Positions 34,246 through 44,428 of a stretch of DNA of 64,000 nucleotides are shown here, in pieces. The translations under genes and the position numbers were made by a program. The DNA lies in the NCBI GenBank assembly GCA_035390885.1, contig DAOOUW010000004.1, positions 2,102 through 66,101 on the forward strand. The letters run 5' to 3'. Every line of letters begins with the position of its first letter. The stretch's first letter is position 1. The DNA is from Bacteroidota bacterium (GTDB lineage: Bacteria; Bacteroidota; Ignavibacteria; UBA10030). The notes beneath the pieces were generated by a model. It worked only from the letters and a program-made list of their open reading frames with translations. It was not told where the DNA came from and ran no database searches.

Positions 34246-35238
34246 TTACACTTTGATTCCTTCGTCGAGAACGAGTTGATTCTTTAATCCCTCTTCTCCT
34301 GGAATTGGGGATTCGATGTTATCAAGAATGGCATCCGAAAACAAGGTGAATTCCCGTTCGTAAAGATTTGGCACAAAAATTCTTTCAACGTCAGGAGGCT
34401 CGGGCGCGCCATTCTTTCCGCCGGTTATGACGATTTTAACATCACGGTCGCTCAATGTAAAATCGGTTAGCGCCGCAGTTCCTTCTGTGCCAACAATTTC
34501 GAATATCGAACGACCAAATGAAACTTCAAATGAACACGTAATGCTTCCAATTGTTCCTTTGGAAAACTGAAGCGCTCCAATGAATGTTCCCTCGGTGCGT
34601 TCTTCCGTTGGTGTCGGATGCATATGACTCCGTACAGAAACTACGTCATCTTCGAGTACGTATCGCATCGTATCAAGACAATGGACGCCGATATCAAACC
34701 AGGGTCCGCCTCCTGCGAGTTTTCTATCATAGAGCCATTTTCGTTTCGAGAACCGCGCATTATAGACATACTCGGTGCGAACGTACTGAATTTCTCCAAG
34801 CGTTTCCGCTTTCACCAACTTCTTAAGCCACTGAATTGCCGGGGAAAAACGCACCATATGGCCAACCATCAATTTCACATTGTTATCCTTGCAAGCATCG
34901 ATCATCGCTTGTGCTTCAGCGCTATTCATTGCCATTGGCTTTTCGACAAGGACGTGTTTCCCGGCTCGCGCTGCAAGAATTGTCTGTTCCGCGTGTAAAG
35001 CGTTCGGCGAGGCAATGAACACAGCATCTACATCTGAATGCCGAACAAGTTCCTCAGCGGAAGAGAATACAAGAGGTACGTTGAACTTCTCGGCTTTTGC
35101 CTTTGCTTCAGCTGCAGAACGTTTCTGAAGAGCGACAAGTTGAGAATTCGGCGACTCGAGAATTGCCGTCGCAATAACTCGTTCAGCAAATCCACCAAAT
35201 CCTATAATACCATATCGAACCTTTTTAGTTTGAACCAT
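34246..35238 (-). CDS. Gfo/Idh/MocA-family NAD(P)-dependent oxidoreductase.
   Basis: A Rossmann 'YGIIGFGGFAE' block and the 'EKP' motif ('VLVEKPMA') are present. Confidence 0.8.
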   Translation of the reverse strand: MVQTKKVRYGIIGFGGFAERVIATAILESPNSQLVALQKRSAAEAKAKAEKFNVPLVFSSAEELVRHSDVDAVFIASPNALHAEQTILAARAGKHVLVEKPMAMNSAEAQAMIDACKDNNVKLMVGHMVRFSPAIQWLKKLVKAETLGEIQYVRTEYVYNARFSKRKWLYDRKLAGGGPWFDIGVHCLDTMRYVLEDDVVSVRSHMHPTPTEERTEGTFIGALQFSKGTIGSITCSFEVSFGRSIFEIVGTEGTAALTDFTLSDRDVKIVITGGKNGAPEPPDVERIFVPNLYEREFTLFSDAILDNIESPIPGEEGLKNQLVLDEGIKV

Positions 35239-35266
35239 AGGAAACTCCTTAAGAATAGTGCAATGT

Positions 35267-36454
35267 TTATTCCTTCTTATTCAATTGGATAATGATTTGT
35301 TGCGGATGAATATACTCGACGGAAAGCCCTTCTGGAAAAGCGATATTCGATCTTGTAATTGTTCGCCGATAAGTACCTTCTCTTCCATTGAAAATGGTAA
35401 CTGTTATCTTCAGTGATTTTTCATTCAAGACAAGAAATTGACGGCGCGGACCTGAAAATGTTACTTCAACTTCTTGAGGTTCAATACTTTTTACTACAAG
35501 CGTTGATGGAACGTTTTCCAGAACTACTGGAAGGATGTATGTTCGGTAATCAATTTTAGATTCATGGACAAAGAAGAACCAGAGTATAAGGGTGGAAACC
35601 AATGCTATGATCATCTCGCGGTAATTTTGCCGAAAGAGATTATTCAACGGCTTTACATTCGCTGAAGGAGTTACTTCCTGATAGAACGCTTCCAGTCGTG
35701 AGCGAAGTTCTTCAGCGTCGCGCATAACAGTGATGTCGTTATTTCGCGCAACCGAGATAGTTCCCTTCTCTTCAGATACAACAATGCAGAATGCGTCTGT
35801 TACTTCAGCCATTCCTAAAGCAGCAGCGTGCCGTGTTCCGGCTTTTTGAAGCTTCCGCAAATTTTTTGAAAGTGGGAGATAACAAGAGAACTTCGTAATT
35901 TTATTTTCTTCAATAATGACAGCGCCGTCATGGCTTGGCGAGCCAGGGATGAAAAGCGTTTCAAGCAGTTGTTGACTTAATTCTCCATCAAGGTCTTCTC
36001 CGCCATTGAGATGGCGAACAACTGGATCTTTCCCTCGAATCACAATGAGCGCTCCAATGTGGTCATTCGCAAGAGAGTGAACTGCATCTACAATGATATC
36101 CACATTCTTCTGCCAATCGCTTAAAATGCGCCGTCGATATCTCCTCCTTAAAACACTTCTGCTCGCAAGTTGTTCAAGGAATCTTTTAATTTCTTCCTGA
36201 AAAATAATAACAACCGCAATAAGAATAATAGCAAAGAATCCCTGGAACATCGTCGTAGTGAGCATAAGTCCGAGCTGGCGTGCAATCAGGTAAGCCGCTC
36301 CGACCATAAAAAGTCCAAGTGCAACAAATGCCGCATGGGTGCGCTTGAACCATACAAGGATGGAATAGATGATAATCGTCATGACAACGATATCAATGAG
36401 CCCAGTAATTCCTACAGATTCCCATAGTTCATGCATAGGCATCTCTCCTTTCAC
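35267..36454 (-). CDS. cdaA: Diadenylate cyclase CdaA fused to a C-terminal TM segment plus a YbbR/CdaR-like domain.
   Basis: Three N-terminal TM helices precede the DAC domain, which has 'DGAVIIEENK' and 'GTRHAAALG'. A further TM helix ('IIALVSTLILWFFFV') and a beta-rich domain of about 110 aa follow. Confidence 0.7.
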   Translation of the reverse strand: MKGEMPMHELWESVGITGLIDIVVMTIIIYSILVWFKRTHAAFVALGLFMVGAAYLIARQLGLMLTTTMFQGFFAIILIAVVIIFQEEIKRFLEQLASRSVLRRRYRRRILSDWQKNVDIIVDAVHSLANDHIGALIVIRGKDPVVRHLNGGEDLDGELSQQLLETLFIPGSPSHDGAVIIEENKITKFSCYLPLSKNLRKLQKAGTRHAAALGMAEVTDAFCIVVSEEKGTISVARNNDITVMRDAEELRSRLEAFYQEVTPSANVKPLNNLFRQNYREMIIALVSTLILWFFFVHESKIDYRTYILPVVLENVPSTLVVKSIEPQEVEVTFSGPRRQFLVLNEKSLKITVTIFNGREGTYRRTITRSNIAFPEGLSVEYIHPQQIIIQLNKKE

Positions 36455-37571
36455 TTGATTTTTCCTTCGACGAGCGAACCAGCGGCTGAAAGTGAGTATT
36501 CTTTTTCAATTTCAACTTATTTGTCAGACGCTCCACCAGGGTACGTTCTGCTTCTTCCCATGCCTGAGGATTTTTAGGATCAGAAATTTTGATTTTTCCA
36601 GCAGCAACTTGTCCATATCCACCAGCCGACCGTGGATTATCAACAATGCTTCGTAGCGCGGACGCTGCTGAGACATCTGTTAAATTCGTTCGGATGGAAA
36701 AATGGAGATAATCTCCGTATCGTCCCGTACAAAATGCCCATTGAGTTCCTTCACAGGTTAAAAGGAAGTCCGCCATCTGAGCAACGAGATCGGGATTTCC
36801 AACTTCTCCGAGATGGGAAACAACCAGTCGTTGACGAATCTGTGCATTTCTGATTCCGTGCAGCATTTCTCCAAAAAATTGTCGCGGTCGAGAAGGATTT
36901 TGAATACGTGCAAGAAGTTTCATATCCGCAAGCGGAAGCAGTTCAAAGTATGTATCAATTGTTTCACGATTCGTTGTGCGGGAAAAATCGAGTGTGTCGG
37001 AGAGAATTCCATACACGAGAGCAGTGGCAAGTTTTGTCGAAAGGTCAAAACCTTTTGCTAATAATTCGCGAGCCAGCAATGCCGATGTCGAACCAGCTTC
37101 TGTATCGATCATGACAAAACCAGCTTCCGGGGTTTGTGAAGCAATATGTTGGTCAATGATAATTGCAGCATGCCTTTTTTTCGGAAATGAATTATTCTCA
37201 AATCCAGGTTGCGTATCCACAAGTGCAATGTTTGGATAGAATCGAAAATCGGATGAACGAAGTTTCGACGCGGGAATTTTTAGCAGGCGTACCATCTCGC
37301 GATTCTCTGAGCGACCAATATTTCCGCCATAAACAATTTTTGAGCGAAGGCCTGCTTTCTGAACAAGATAGTGTAACGCGTATGCCGACGCCAGTGCATC
37401 CGGATCTGGATAGTCGTGCGTAAGAATGAGCAGAGGATTCAGTTTTTCTTTATTTTCCTCGATATAGTAAGATAACTCTAATGCTTTTGTCATAAATTTA
37501 TATTTTCGATGTAGTTCTACTACAAGTATACAATTTTTTGCCATAACATTAAACATGGATAGTTGAAACAC
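36429..37571 (-). CDS. nrnA: DHH/DHHA1 phosphoesterase (NrnA-type nanoRNase / pAp phosphatase; candidate c-di-AMP or pApA phosphodiesterase).
   Basis: A DHH motif region ('LILTHDYPDPDALASAYAL') and a C-terminal DHHA1 with a 'GGGH'-like 'AGGYGQVAAG' block fit the family. The true start is likely a downstream Met, because the ORF overlaps cdaA by 26 nt. Confidence 0.65.
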   Translation of the reverse strand: MFQLSMFNVMAKNCILVVELHRKYKFMTKALELSYYIEENKEKLNPLLILTHDYPDPDALASAYALHYLVQKAGLRSKIVYGGNIGRSENREMVRLLKIPASKLRSSDFRFYPNIALVDTQPGFENNSFPKKRHAAIIIDQHIASQTPEAGFVMIDTEAGSTSALLARELLAKGFDLSTKLATALVYGILSDTLDFSRTTNRETIDTYFELLPLADMKLLARIQNPSRPRQFFGEMLHGIRNAQIRQRLVVSHLGEVGNPDLVAQMADFLLTCEGTQWAFCTGRYGDYLHFSIRTNLTDVSAASALRSIVDNPRSAGGYGQVAAGKIKISDPKNPQAWEEAERTLVERLTNKLKLKKNTHFQPLVRSSKEKSSERRDAYA

Positions 37572-37692
37572 TGCTATTCTTGTAAATTTTTATTGTCTTT
37601 GTATTCCTTCTTGTTGTAAAATTACACAGGAAACTAATTCTTGCCCTAACTTCATTTTTTCCGTACCTTTTATAGTTCAAAAAGGATATTCT

Positions 37693-38574
37693 ATGATCAT
37701 AAGCATGACCGGATTTGGAAAAGCCGAGAATTCCAGAAATGGAATTACAGCCGCCGTAGAAGTGCGAAGCGTCAACAATCGATATCTGGAAGTTGCGGCT
37801 CGGCTGCCTCGGCAGCACAGCTCGCGCGATCGCGAAGTAAAAGAAATTGTTCGGGCATACATTAATCGTGGAAGTGTGAACGTATCAATAAAAATAGAAC
37901 GAGAGAACGACGGCGCAATTCCAGTAACTCTGAATCATAACGCTGCAAAAGCAGTATATCGGTTACTGAATGAACTTAAAAAGTCAATCGGCTTGCGAGA
38001 AAAAATTACCATCGAGCATCTTCTCCACTTCTCCGAAATATTCGAGCCAGAAGAAGAAGACGACACAGCGCTCGAGGAATGGAATTTAACCGTCGAGACA
38101 TTGAAGCAAGCGCTCGAAGCAATGAATACAATGCGGAGAGAAGAAGGACAAGAGCTTGAGAAGGATCTAGCGCAACGCATCGCATGGATTGATGAAACGA
38201 TAACACAAATTGAGCAGCTTTCGAAAGATCGAATTCCCGAAGAACGAATTCGTTTACAGGAACGGATCGCGTTGCTCGTAAACGACCCATCCATCATGGA
38301 TCAGCAACGCCTCGAGTTGGAAATTGCGTTACTGACTGATAAACTTGATGTAACCGAAGAGTGTGTTCGATTCCATAGTCATAACAAATTTTTCTTAGAA
38401 TCGCTGCAACACAGCGAGTCCGCTGGACGAAAGCTTAACTTCTTACTTCAGGAGATGAATCGCGAGGCAAACACAATTGGTTCAAAGGTTTGTGACGCTA
38501 CAATTGCGCATCTCGTTGTTGCTATCAAAGAAGAGATAGAGAAAATTCGCGAACAAGTTCAAAACATTGAATAA
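37693..38574 (+). CDS. yicC: YicC/YloC-family stress-induced endoribonuclease.
   Basis: The N-terminal 'SMTGFG' block and C-terminal DUF1732 helices are present. The yicC-gmk-rpoZ-coaBC synteny is conserved. Confidence 0.8.
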   Translation: MIISMTGFGKAENSRNGITAAVEVRSVNNRYLEVAARLPRQHSSRDREVKEIVRAYINRGSVNVSIKIERENDGAIPVTLNHNAAKAVYRLLNELKKSIGLREKITIEHLLHFSEIFEPEEEDDTALEEWNLTVETLKQALEAMNTMRREEGQELEKDLAQRIAWIDETITQIEQLSKDRIPEERIRLQERIALLVNDPSIMDQQRLELEIALLTDKLDVTEECVRFHSHNKFFLESLQHSESAGRKLNFLLQEMNREANTIGSKVCDATIAHLVVAIKEEIEKIREQVQNIE

Positions 38575-38582
38575 CGATTCTT

Positions 38583-39155
38583 ATGGAAGGGAAACTTTTT
38601 GTAATTTCTGCCCCCAGCGGTTGTGGTAAAACAACAATTGCAAGAGCGATTCTTCAACGACATCCTGAAATTCTTTTTTCTGTCTCGGCAACGACACGTC
38701 CGAAACGAAATGGTGAAATCCATGGACGAGATTACTTCTTCCTTACACGGGAAGAATTTGAAGAGTACATACGACAAGGAAATTTAATCGAGTGGGAAGA
38801 AATTTATGGAAATTACTACGGTACGTTGAAGAGAGAAGTTGAAAAAGCTCTTCGGGACCATACGTTGATGCTCTTTGATATTGATGTAAAAGGCGCTCTC
38901 TCGATTCGGAAACATTTTCCAAAAGAGTCTGTGCTCATTTTTATTGCACCGCCAAGCTTAGACGTACTGCGCGAGCGACTTATTAAAAGAAAAACAGAAG
39001 ACGAAGAAGCGCTCAAAAAACGTCTCGAACGAGCTTCGATGGAGCTTGGTTTACAGAAAGAGTTTGATTATGTTGTTGTCAATGATGATTTACAGGAAGC
39101 AATCGATCGCGTTGAGAAAATTATTCTCGGTGAAAGTTTGAAAAATAAAGTGTAG
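38583..39155 (+). CDS. gmk: Guanylate kinase.
   Basis: P-loop 'SAPSGCGKTT', 190 aa. Confidence 0.9.
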   Translation: MEGKLFVISAPSGCGKTTIARAILQRHPEILFSVSATTRPKRNGEIHGRDYFFLTREEFEEYIRQGNLIEWEEIYGNYYGTLKREVEKALRDHTLMLFDIDVKGALSIRKHFPKESVLIFIAPPSLDVLRERLIKRKTEDEEALKKRLERASMELGLQKEFDYVVVNDDLQEAIDRVEKIILGESLKNKV

Positions 39156-39192
39156 CATAAAATTATTCAATAAAAGAAAAGGAGTACATACA

Positions 39193-39540
39193 GTGTCAGT
39201 AAAACCTGTTGAAATTTCTGAAATCCTCGATATTGCAGGAAACATTTATGAAGCCATCATTATTTCATCGAAGCGCGCACGGCAAATACACGATGACTTA
39301 AAAATAGAATTGGCGCAGCGTCTGGAAACAATTCGAGCGCTTTCTCCAGTGCAAGAGTCCGAAGAAGATCTTGATACTGTAATTGCAAATCCAGACCAAT
39401 TGAAGATCAGTATAGAATTCGAGAAGCGCCCGAAGCCAACAGAAATTGCGCTGGAAGAGTTTCATCAACGGAAATTGAAGTACTACTACAAACAAGAACC
39501 TGATTTCTTCTCAAAAGAACCAAGCGCTGAGCAAGCGTAA
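39193..39540 (+). CDS. rpoZ: DNA-directed RNA polymerase omega subunit. The start codon is GTG.
   Basis: The position between gmk and coaBC fits. The 'IIISSKRARQI' core is conserved, and SD 'aaggag' lies 8 nt upstream of the GTG. Confidence 0.65.
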   Translation: MSVKPVEISEILDIAGNIYEAIIISSKRARQIHDDLKIELAQRLETIRALSPVQESEEDLDTVIANPDQLKISIEFEKRPKPTEIALEEFHQRKLKYYYKQEPDFFSKEPSAEQA

Positions 39541-40757
39541 TGTCAACATTCAACGGTAAGCGCATTCTCCTTGGAGTTACCGGCGGAATTGCTGCATATA
39601 AAGTTGCTTACCTCGTGCGTCAACTTGTTAAAGCAGGCGCTGACGTCAAAGTAATGATGACGGAAGCTGCAACTCATTTTGTTACTCCGGTAACATTTTC
39701 GGCTTTAAGTAAACATCCTGTTTATACAGACCTTTGGGCAACTGAAAGTCCTGAAGATAGCAATATCAGCGTAAGCCACGTGCGATTGGCGCATTGGGCG
39801 GATATTGTCGTTATCGCGCCTGCAACAGCCAATACGATTGCAAAGCTCACGCACGGAATTGCGGATAACATTCTTACCGTTGTTACGCTAGCGACCCCGA
39901 AACCAATTCTCCTTGTGCCTGCAATGGATGTTGATATGTACATCAATGAAGCGACACAACGGAATCTCGCAACATTGAAGATGCGTGGATACTATGTGGA
40001 GGAGCCGCCTTCTGGTGAACTTGCAAGCGGTATCCATGGACAAGGACGATTGCCAGAAGTTGAATCAATTGTCGAAAAAATATCTAACATTCTCGATAAG
40101 AGTATTCAAGATTTTAAGAATCGAACTATTGTTGTTACAGCTGGACCAACGTACGAAGCAATCGATCCTGTAAGATTCATTGGGAATCGCTCTTCCGGAA
40201 AAATGGGATTTGCAATTGCAACCGCCGCAATGCAACGCGGCGCTAAAGTTATTCTTATCTCTGGACCAACGTCGCTTGAAACTCCACGGAATGTAAAAAG
40301 AATCGATGTCGAATCTGCTCAGGAAATGCTTACAGCTGTGCGAAACAATGTGCAGAAAGCGCATGCGCTCATTATGTCTGCTGCTGTTGCGGATTTTATG
40401 CCGGCGCAAGTTGCAAAAGACAAGCTCAAGAAATCCTCTGCCTCATCTTCACTTCAGCTCACGCTCAACCCAACCCCAGATATTCTCGCGGAGATTGGCA
40501 AGAAAAAGAAGAAACTGGTTACGGTTGGATTTGCGCTGGAAACAAAAGATGAGTTAGCAAACGCACAGGAAAAACTTCAGAAAAAAAATCTTGATGTTAT
40601 TGTTTTGAATTCCTTCAACAAAAAGAATTTAGTGTTTGGTTCCGATATGAATACAGTTACGCTAATCGATCGCTACGGTGAAATTGTTGAGTACCCAAAG
40701 CTTCCCAAAATCGATGTAGCAAATAAAATTCTTGATAAAATTAAAACACTCTTGTAA
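39540..40757 (+). CDS. coaBC: Bifunctional phosphopantothenoylcysteine decarboxylase / phosphopantothenate-cysteine ligase.
   Basis: An N-terminal flavoprotein domain ('ILLGVTGGIAAYK') and a C-terminal CoaB domain ('VVTAGPTYEAIDPVRFIGNRSSGKMG') are present. Confidence 0.9.
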   Translation: MSTFNGKRILLGVTGGIAAYKVAYLVRQLVKAGADVKVMMTEAATHFVTPVTFSALSKHPVYTDLWATESPEDSNISVSHVRLAHWADIVVIAPATANTIAKLTHGIADNILTVVTLATPKPILLVPAMDVDMYINEATQRNLATLKMRGYYVEEPPSGELASGIHGQGRLPEVESIVEKISNILDKSIQDFKNRTIVVTAGPTYEAIDPVRFIGNRSSGKMGFAIATAAMQRGAKVILISGPTSLETPRNVKRIDVESAQEMLTAVRNNVQKAHALIMSAAVADFMPAQVAKDKLKKSSASSSLQLTLNPTPDILAEIGKKKKKLVTVGFALETKDELANAQEKLQKKNLDVIVLNSFNKKNLVFGSDMNTVTLIDRYGEIVEYPKLPKIDVANKILDKIKTLL

Positions 40758-40852
40758 CTCCTCTCTTTTTTGGTACATTGACATAGTTAAAAAAGCAATT
40801 AGGTTTTGTCGTCCACAATACATCTATTTTTGAAAAGAAGAGAATATCGTTC

Positions 40853-41686
40853 TTGTTTATGGATTTACAGAAGAATGAAATAGCGAAAGCAATAGAATCG
40901 ATCGAACGTTACTTTCAGCAGTATAAAGAATTATATTCAGACGAAATTCTTATTCCATCAAAACAACTACAGAAAGAATCAACGAATCAATCTATGAAAC
41001 CGACATCAAAAATACCGAACGAAGTTGAACCAGAGGATCTTTTTGGCATGCCTTTTCAGCAGCCAAAAGCAAAAAAGAAAACTCAAGAGTTTTCATTACC
41101 GCAGGAACCATGGACAACAGCGGAAGACCTCGATACTTTAAATGAGATGATTCGAACTTGCACAAAGTGCAGTCTCGGCGCTTCACGGAAAAATTTTGTA
41201 TTTGGCGTTGGCAATCCTCAGGCTGAAGTGGTAGTAGTTGGAGAAGCGCCTGGCGCCGATGAAGATGAACAAGGCAAGCCATTCGTTGGACGAGCTGGAC
41301 AGTTGCTTAATAAAATTCTTGAAGCTATCCATTTCCATCGCGAAGAAGTGTTTATCTGCAATATTTTGAAGTGCCGACCTCCAAATAATCGTGAACCATT
41401 GCCGGAAGAAATTACTCTCTGCGAACCGTATCTTGTAAAACAACTCGAGATTCTGCATCCAAAAGCTATTCTCTGCGCTGGTCGCATTGCAGGACAAGCT
41501 CTCCTGAAGACAAATACATCGCTTGCCCAGCTTCGAGGAAAAGTATTTGACTATCGCGGGATTCCACTGATGGTAACATATCATCCAGCCGCATTGCTTC
41601 GGAATCCGAACTGGAAACGCCTTTGCTGGGAAGATGTTCAGCGCTTCCGAAAATTATATGACGAACTAAAACAGAAAGAGCAATAA
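40853..41686 (+). CDS. Uracil-DNA glycosylase family 4, with an N-terminal extension of about 90 aa.
   Basis: 'CTKCSLGASRKNFVFGVGNPQAEVVVVGEAPGADED' is the family-4 UDG signature, and a 4Fe-4S Cys set is present. Confidence 0.8.
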   Translation: MFMDLQKNEIAKAIESIERYFQQYKELYSDEILIPSKQLQKESTNQSMKPTSKIPNEVEPEDLFGMPFQQPKAKKKTQEFSLPQEPWTTAEDLDTLNEMIRTCTKCSLGASRKNFVFGVGNPQAEVVVVGEAPGADEDEQGKPFVGRAGQLLNKILEAIHFHREEVFICNILKCRPPNNREPLPEEITLCEPYLVKQLEILHPKAILCAGRIAGQALLKTNTSLAQLRGKVFDYRGIPLMVTYHPAALLRNPNWKRLCWEDVQRFRKLYDELKQKEQ

Positions 41687-41721
41687 ATTTCTACTTATAT
41701 CTTCTTAAAAATGAAAAAACG

Positions 41722-42879
41722 ATGAATCGTCAAAAAGAATTTATTGCAAACATAAAAAAAGCATGGCGCGATGAAATGAAGAGCGCTCAGAACTATCGCG
41801 CGCTTGCAGAACGTGAAATGAATACAGAACGAAAAAAAATTCTTGAACGACTTGCTGAATCGGAAGAACGCCATGCGCGTCAATGGTCTCAACAATTGGA
41901 ACGATATGGTGTTTCCGTCGGAGCTTACGCAGAAACACCCTTTGAGAAAATTCGTCGCCGCATTCTTCTCCGCAGTACGCTCAATACCGCATTACAATTA
42001 TTAGAAGAAGGAGAATCCAATGCAGATCGACTCTACGAGACGCTGATTTCACAATCTGAACAAGATAGTGAACGCGAAGCTCTTCGTACAATTCAAACGG
42101 AAGAAAAAGCGCATGCAAAAGTACTCGAAGAATTAATCTCGCCTGTCGACGCTCGACTTCCGCAACATAGGCTCGAAAAAATTCTTGGAAGAGAGCGCTG
42201 GCATGTTACAGCCGGTGGTTGGATTGGACAGGCAATTTATGGCGTCAACGATGGATTGGGCGCGGCGTTTGGCGTCGTGAGCGGCGTTGCCGGCGCAACA
42301 TCGGTGAATAGCGAGTTTATTCTCTTGAGTGGAATGGCTGCTGCTATCGCTTCTGCTTTATCGATGGGAAGCGGCGCATACCTTGCCACGAAATCGGAAC
42401 GCGAAGTTTACGAAGCGGAAATGGAACGCGAGAAGCGAGAAATCAAAGAAAATCCAGCTGAAGAAATAGAAGAGCTGGAATTATTCTATCAGCTCAAAGG
42501 CTTCTCGGAAACAGAAGCGAAGAATATGGCAGCAAAGTTGGCTGAGCAACCAGAACATTTTTTGAAAACATTGGCGCATGAGGAACTTGGATTATCGGAA
42601 CAAACATTTCCGCATCCATGGAAATCAGCTTTCAGCGCAACGCTGAGCACTGCACTCGGCGCAATCATTCCGGTGCTTCCATTTTTCTTCTGGACAGGCA
42701 CAGAAGGATTGATCATTTCATTTGTGATTAGCACTGCCGCACACTTTATTGTTGGTGCATCAAAGGTGATTGTTACTGGCAGATCGTGGCTCAAGAGCGG
42801 AGCAGAAATGACCGCTGTAGGATTAGGCGAAGCGCTTATCACCTACTGCATTGGTCTCTTTATTGCACCAGCGCTTTAG
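41722..42879 (+). CDS. mbfA: Membrane-bound ferritin-like / VIT1 (CCC1) family iron transporter fusion, MbfA-like.
   Basis: The N-terminal ferritin/rubrerythrin-like helices ('AQNYRALAERE...ESEERHARQW') are followed by a C-terminal VIT1/DUF125 membrane domain ('WIGQAIYGVNDGLGAAFGVVSGVAGA'). Confidence 0.65.
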   Translation: MNRQKEFIANIKKAWRDEMKSAQNYRALAEREMNTERKKILERLAESEERHARQWSQQLERYGVSVGAYAETPFEKIRRRILLRSTLNTALQLLEEGESNADRLYETLISQSEQDSEREALRTIQTEEKAHAKVLEELISPVDARLPQHRLEKILGRERWHVTAGGWIGQAIYGVNDGLGAAFGVVSGVAGATSVNSEFILLSGMAAAIASALSMGSGAYLATKSEREVYEAEMEREKREIKENPAEEIEELELFYQLKGFSETEAKNMAAKLAEQPEHFLKTLAHEELGLSEQTFPHPWKSAFSATLSTALGAIIPVLPFFFWTGTEGLIISFVISTAAHFIVGASKVIVTGRSWLKSGAEMTAVGLGEALITYCIGLFIAPAL

Positions 42880-42929
42880 CGATTGAATTGATGCAAGGAG
42901 TTCTGTACATTTGAAGAGATTTTAATGAG

Positions 42930-44390
42930 ATGGCAATGAAAAATTTTCAACGCAACAATATGATTTCCACCGACCGAGAAACTGGCGGCTATCTTCCATC
43001 GCAAATGCCTGAGAGCGATCGTCATGTGCCGCCGCAGGCAATTGATATCGAAGCCTCAATCCTTGGCGCTATGCTTCTGGAAAAGGAAGCAATTGCAAAA
43101 GCTCTTGAAGTGCTCGACGACTCGGCATTCTACAAACCTGCCCATCAAAGTATTTTCAAAGCTATGATTGCGTTGTTCGAGCGAAGCGAACCCGTTGACC
43201 TTATTACGCTGAGTGAAGAATTGCGCCGAAGAGGTGAACTCGAAAAAGTTGGCGGAGAGTACTATCTCACTGAGCTTACTTCTAAAATTACGAGCGCTGC
43301 AAATGTTGAGTACCATGCTCATATTGTACTCGAAAAAGCTCTCATGCGCCAGCTTATCTCAACGTCATCGCAAATTATAAATCGCGCATACAATGAGACG
43401 GAAGATCCGTTAGAGCTTCTCGATGAAGCCGAGCGAAATATTTTTGATATTTCAGAACAACGAATGAAAAAATCCTTCGTCTCGATGGATTCGGCTGTCC
43501 ATAAAACGATGGACTTACTGCAGAGCATCCACGGAAAACATAGCGGCGTTACAGGCGTTCCTTCTGGATTTATCGATCTCGATGCGCTCACGGGTGGATT
43601 TCAGCCTTCTGATCTTATCATTATTGCTGGGCGACCATCGCAGGGAAAAACTGCATTTGTGCTTTCTGTGGCTCGAAACGCCGCCGTGATGGACGATGTT
43701 CCAATTGGAATTTTTAGTCTCGAAATGTCCGCGCAACAACTTGTGATGCGTTTGATGTGCGCTGAAGCGCGCGTGGACGCTCAGAAAGTACGCACGGGAA
43801 GACTTCCTGAAGATGAATGGCGAAAACTAAGCACCAGCGTTGGACGACTCTACAAAGCAAAAATTTTTATTGATGATACGCCGGCGCTCAGCATTCTTGA
43901 ACTTCGAGCGAAAGCGCGTCGGTTAAAAGCAGAACACAATGTGGGGTTGATTGTAATCGATTACCTGCAACTTATGCAAGGTCCACGAGCTCAAAGTCGT
44001 GAGCAGGAAATTTCTGGCATCTCGCGCTCGCTGAAAGCTCTTGCAAAAGAGCTCAATATTCCTGTCGTTGCGCTTTCGCAGCTCAACAGAGCCGTCGAAG
44101 CTCGTTCCGATAAACGTCCGGCGTTAGCGGATTTGCGTGAATCTGGCGCCATCGAGCAAGACGCCGATGTTGTAATCTTTGTGCATCGCCCTGAGATGTA
44201 CGGCATCGAAGAACAAAAGAACAAATCGACACAAGGACTTGCAGAAATCATTGTTGGCAAACAGCGCAATGGTCCAATTGACACTGTTGAACTCCATTTT
44301 GTAAAAGAGTATGCGCGTTTTGAAAACAGCGCCGGGTTCCGTGCAGAGCAACTCATTCCAGGCGAAGCTCCCGAATCGATGCCATTTTAA
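42930..44390 (+). CDS. dnaB: Replicative DNA helicase.
   Basis: An N-terminal DnaB domain ('QAIDIEASILGAMLL') is followed by a RecA-fold with Walker A 'GRPSQGKTAF'. Confidence 0.9.
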   Translation: MAMKNFQRNNMISTDRETGGYLPSQMPESDRHVPPQAIDIEASILGAMLLEKEAIAKALEVLDDSAFYKPAHQSIFKAMIALFERSEPVDLITLSEELRRRGELEKVGGEYYLTELTSKITSAANVEYHAHIVLEKALMRQLISTSSQIINRAYNETEDPLELLDEAERNIFDISEQRMKKSFVSMDSAVHKTMDLLQSIHGKHSGVTGVPSGFIDLDALTGGFQPSDLIIIAGRPSQGKTAFVLSVARNAAVMDDVPIGIFSLEMSAQQLVMRLMCAEARVDAQKVRTGRLPEDEWRKLSTSVGRLYKAKIFIDDTPALSILELRAKARRLKAEHNVGLIVIDYLQLMQGPRAQSREQEISGISRSLKALAKELNIPVVALSQLNRAVEARSDKRPALADLRESGAIEQDADVVIFVHRPEMYGIEEQKNKSTQGLAEIIVGKQRNGPIDTVELHFVKEYARFENSAGFRAEQLIPGEAPESMPF

Positions 44391-44428
44391 CAATGGTGCA
44401 ATATCAGCTTCTTAATTCGGTATGAAGT

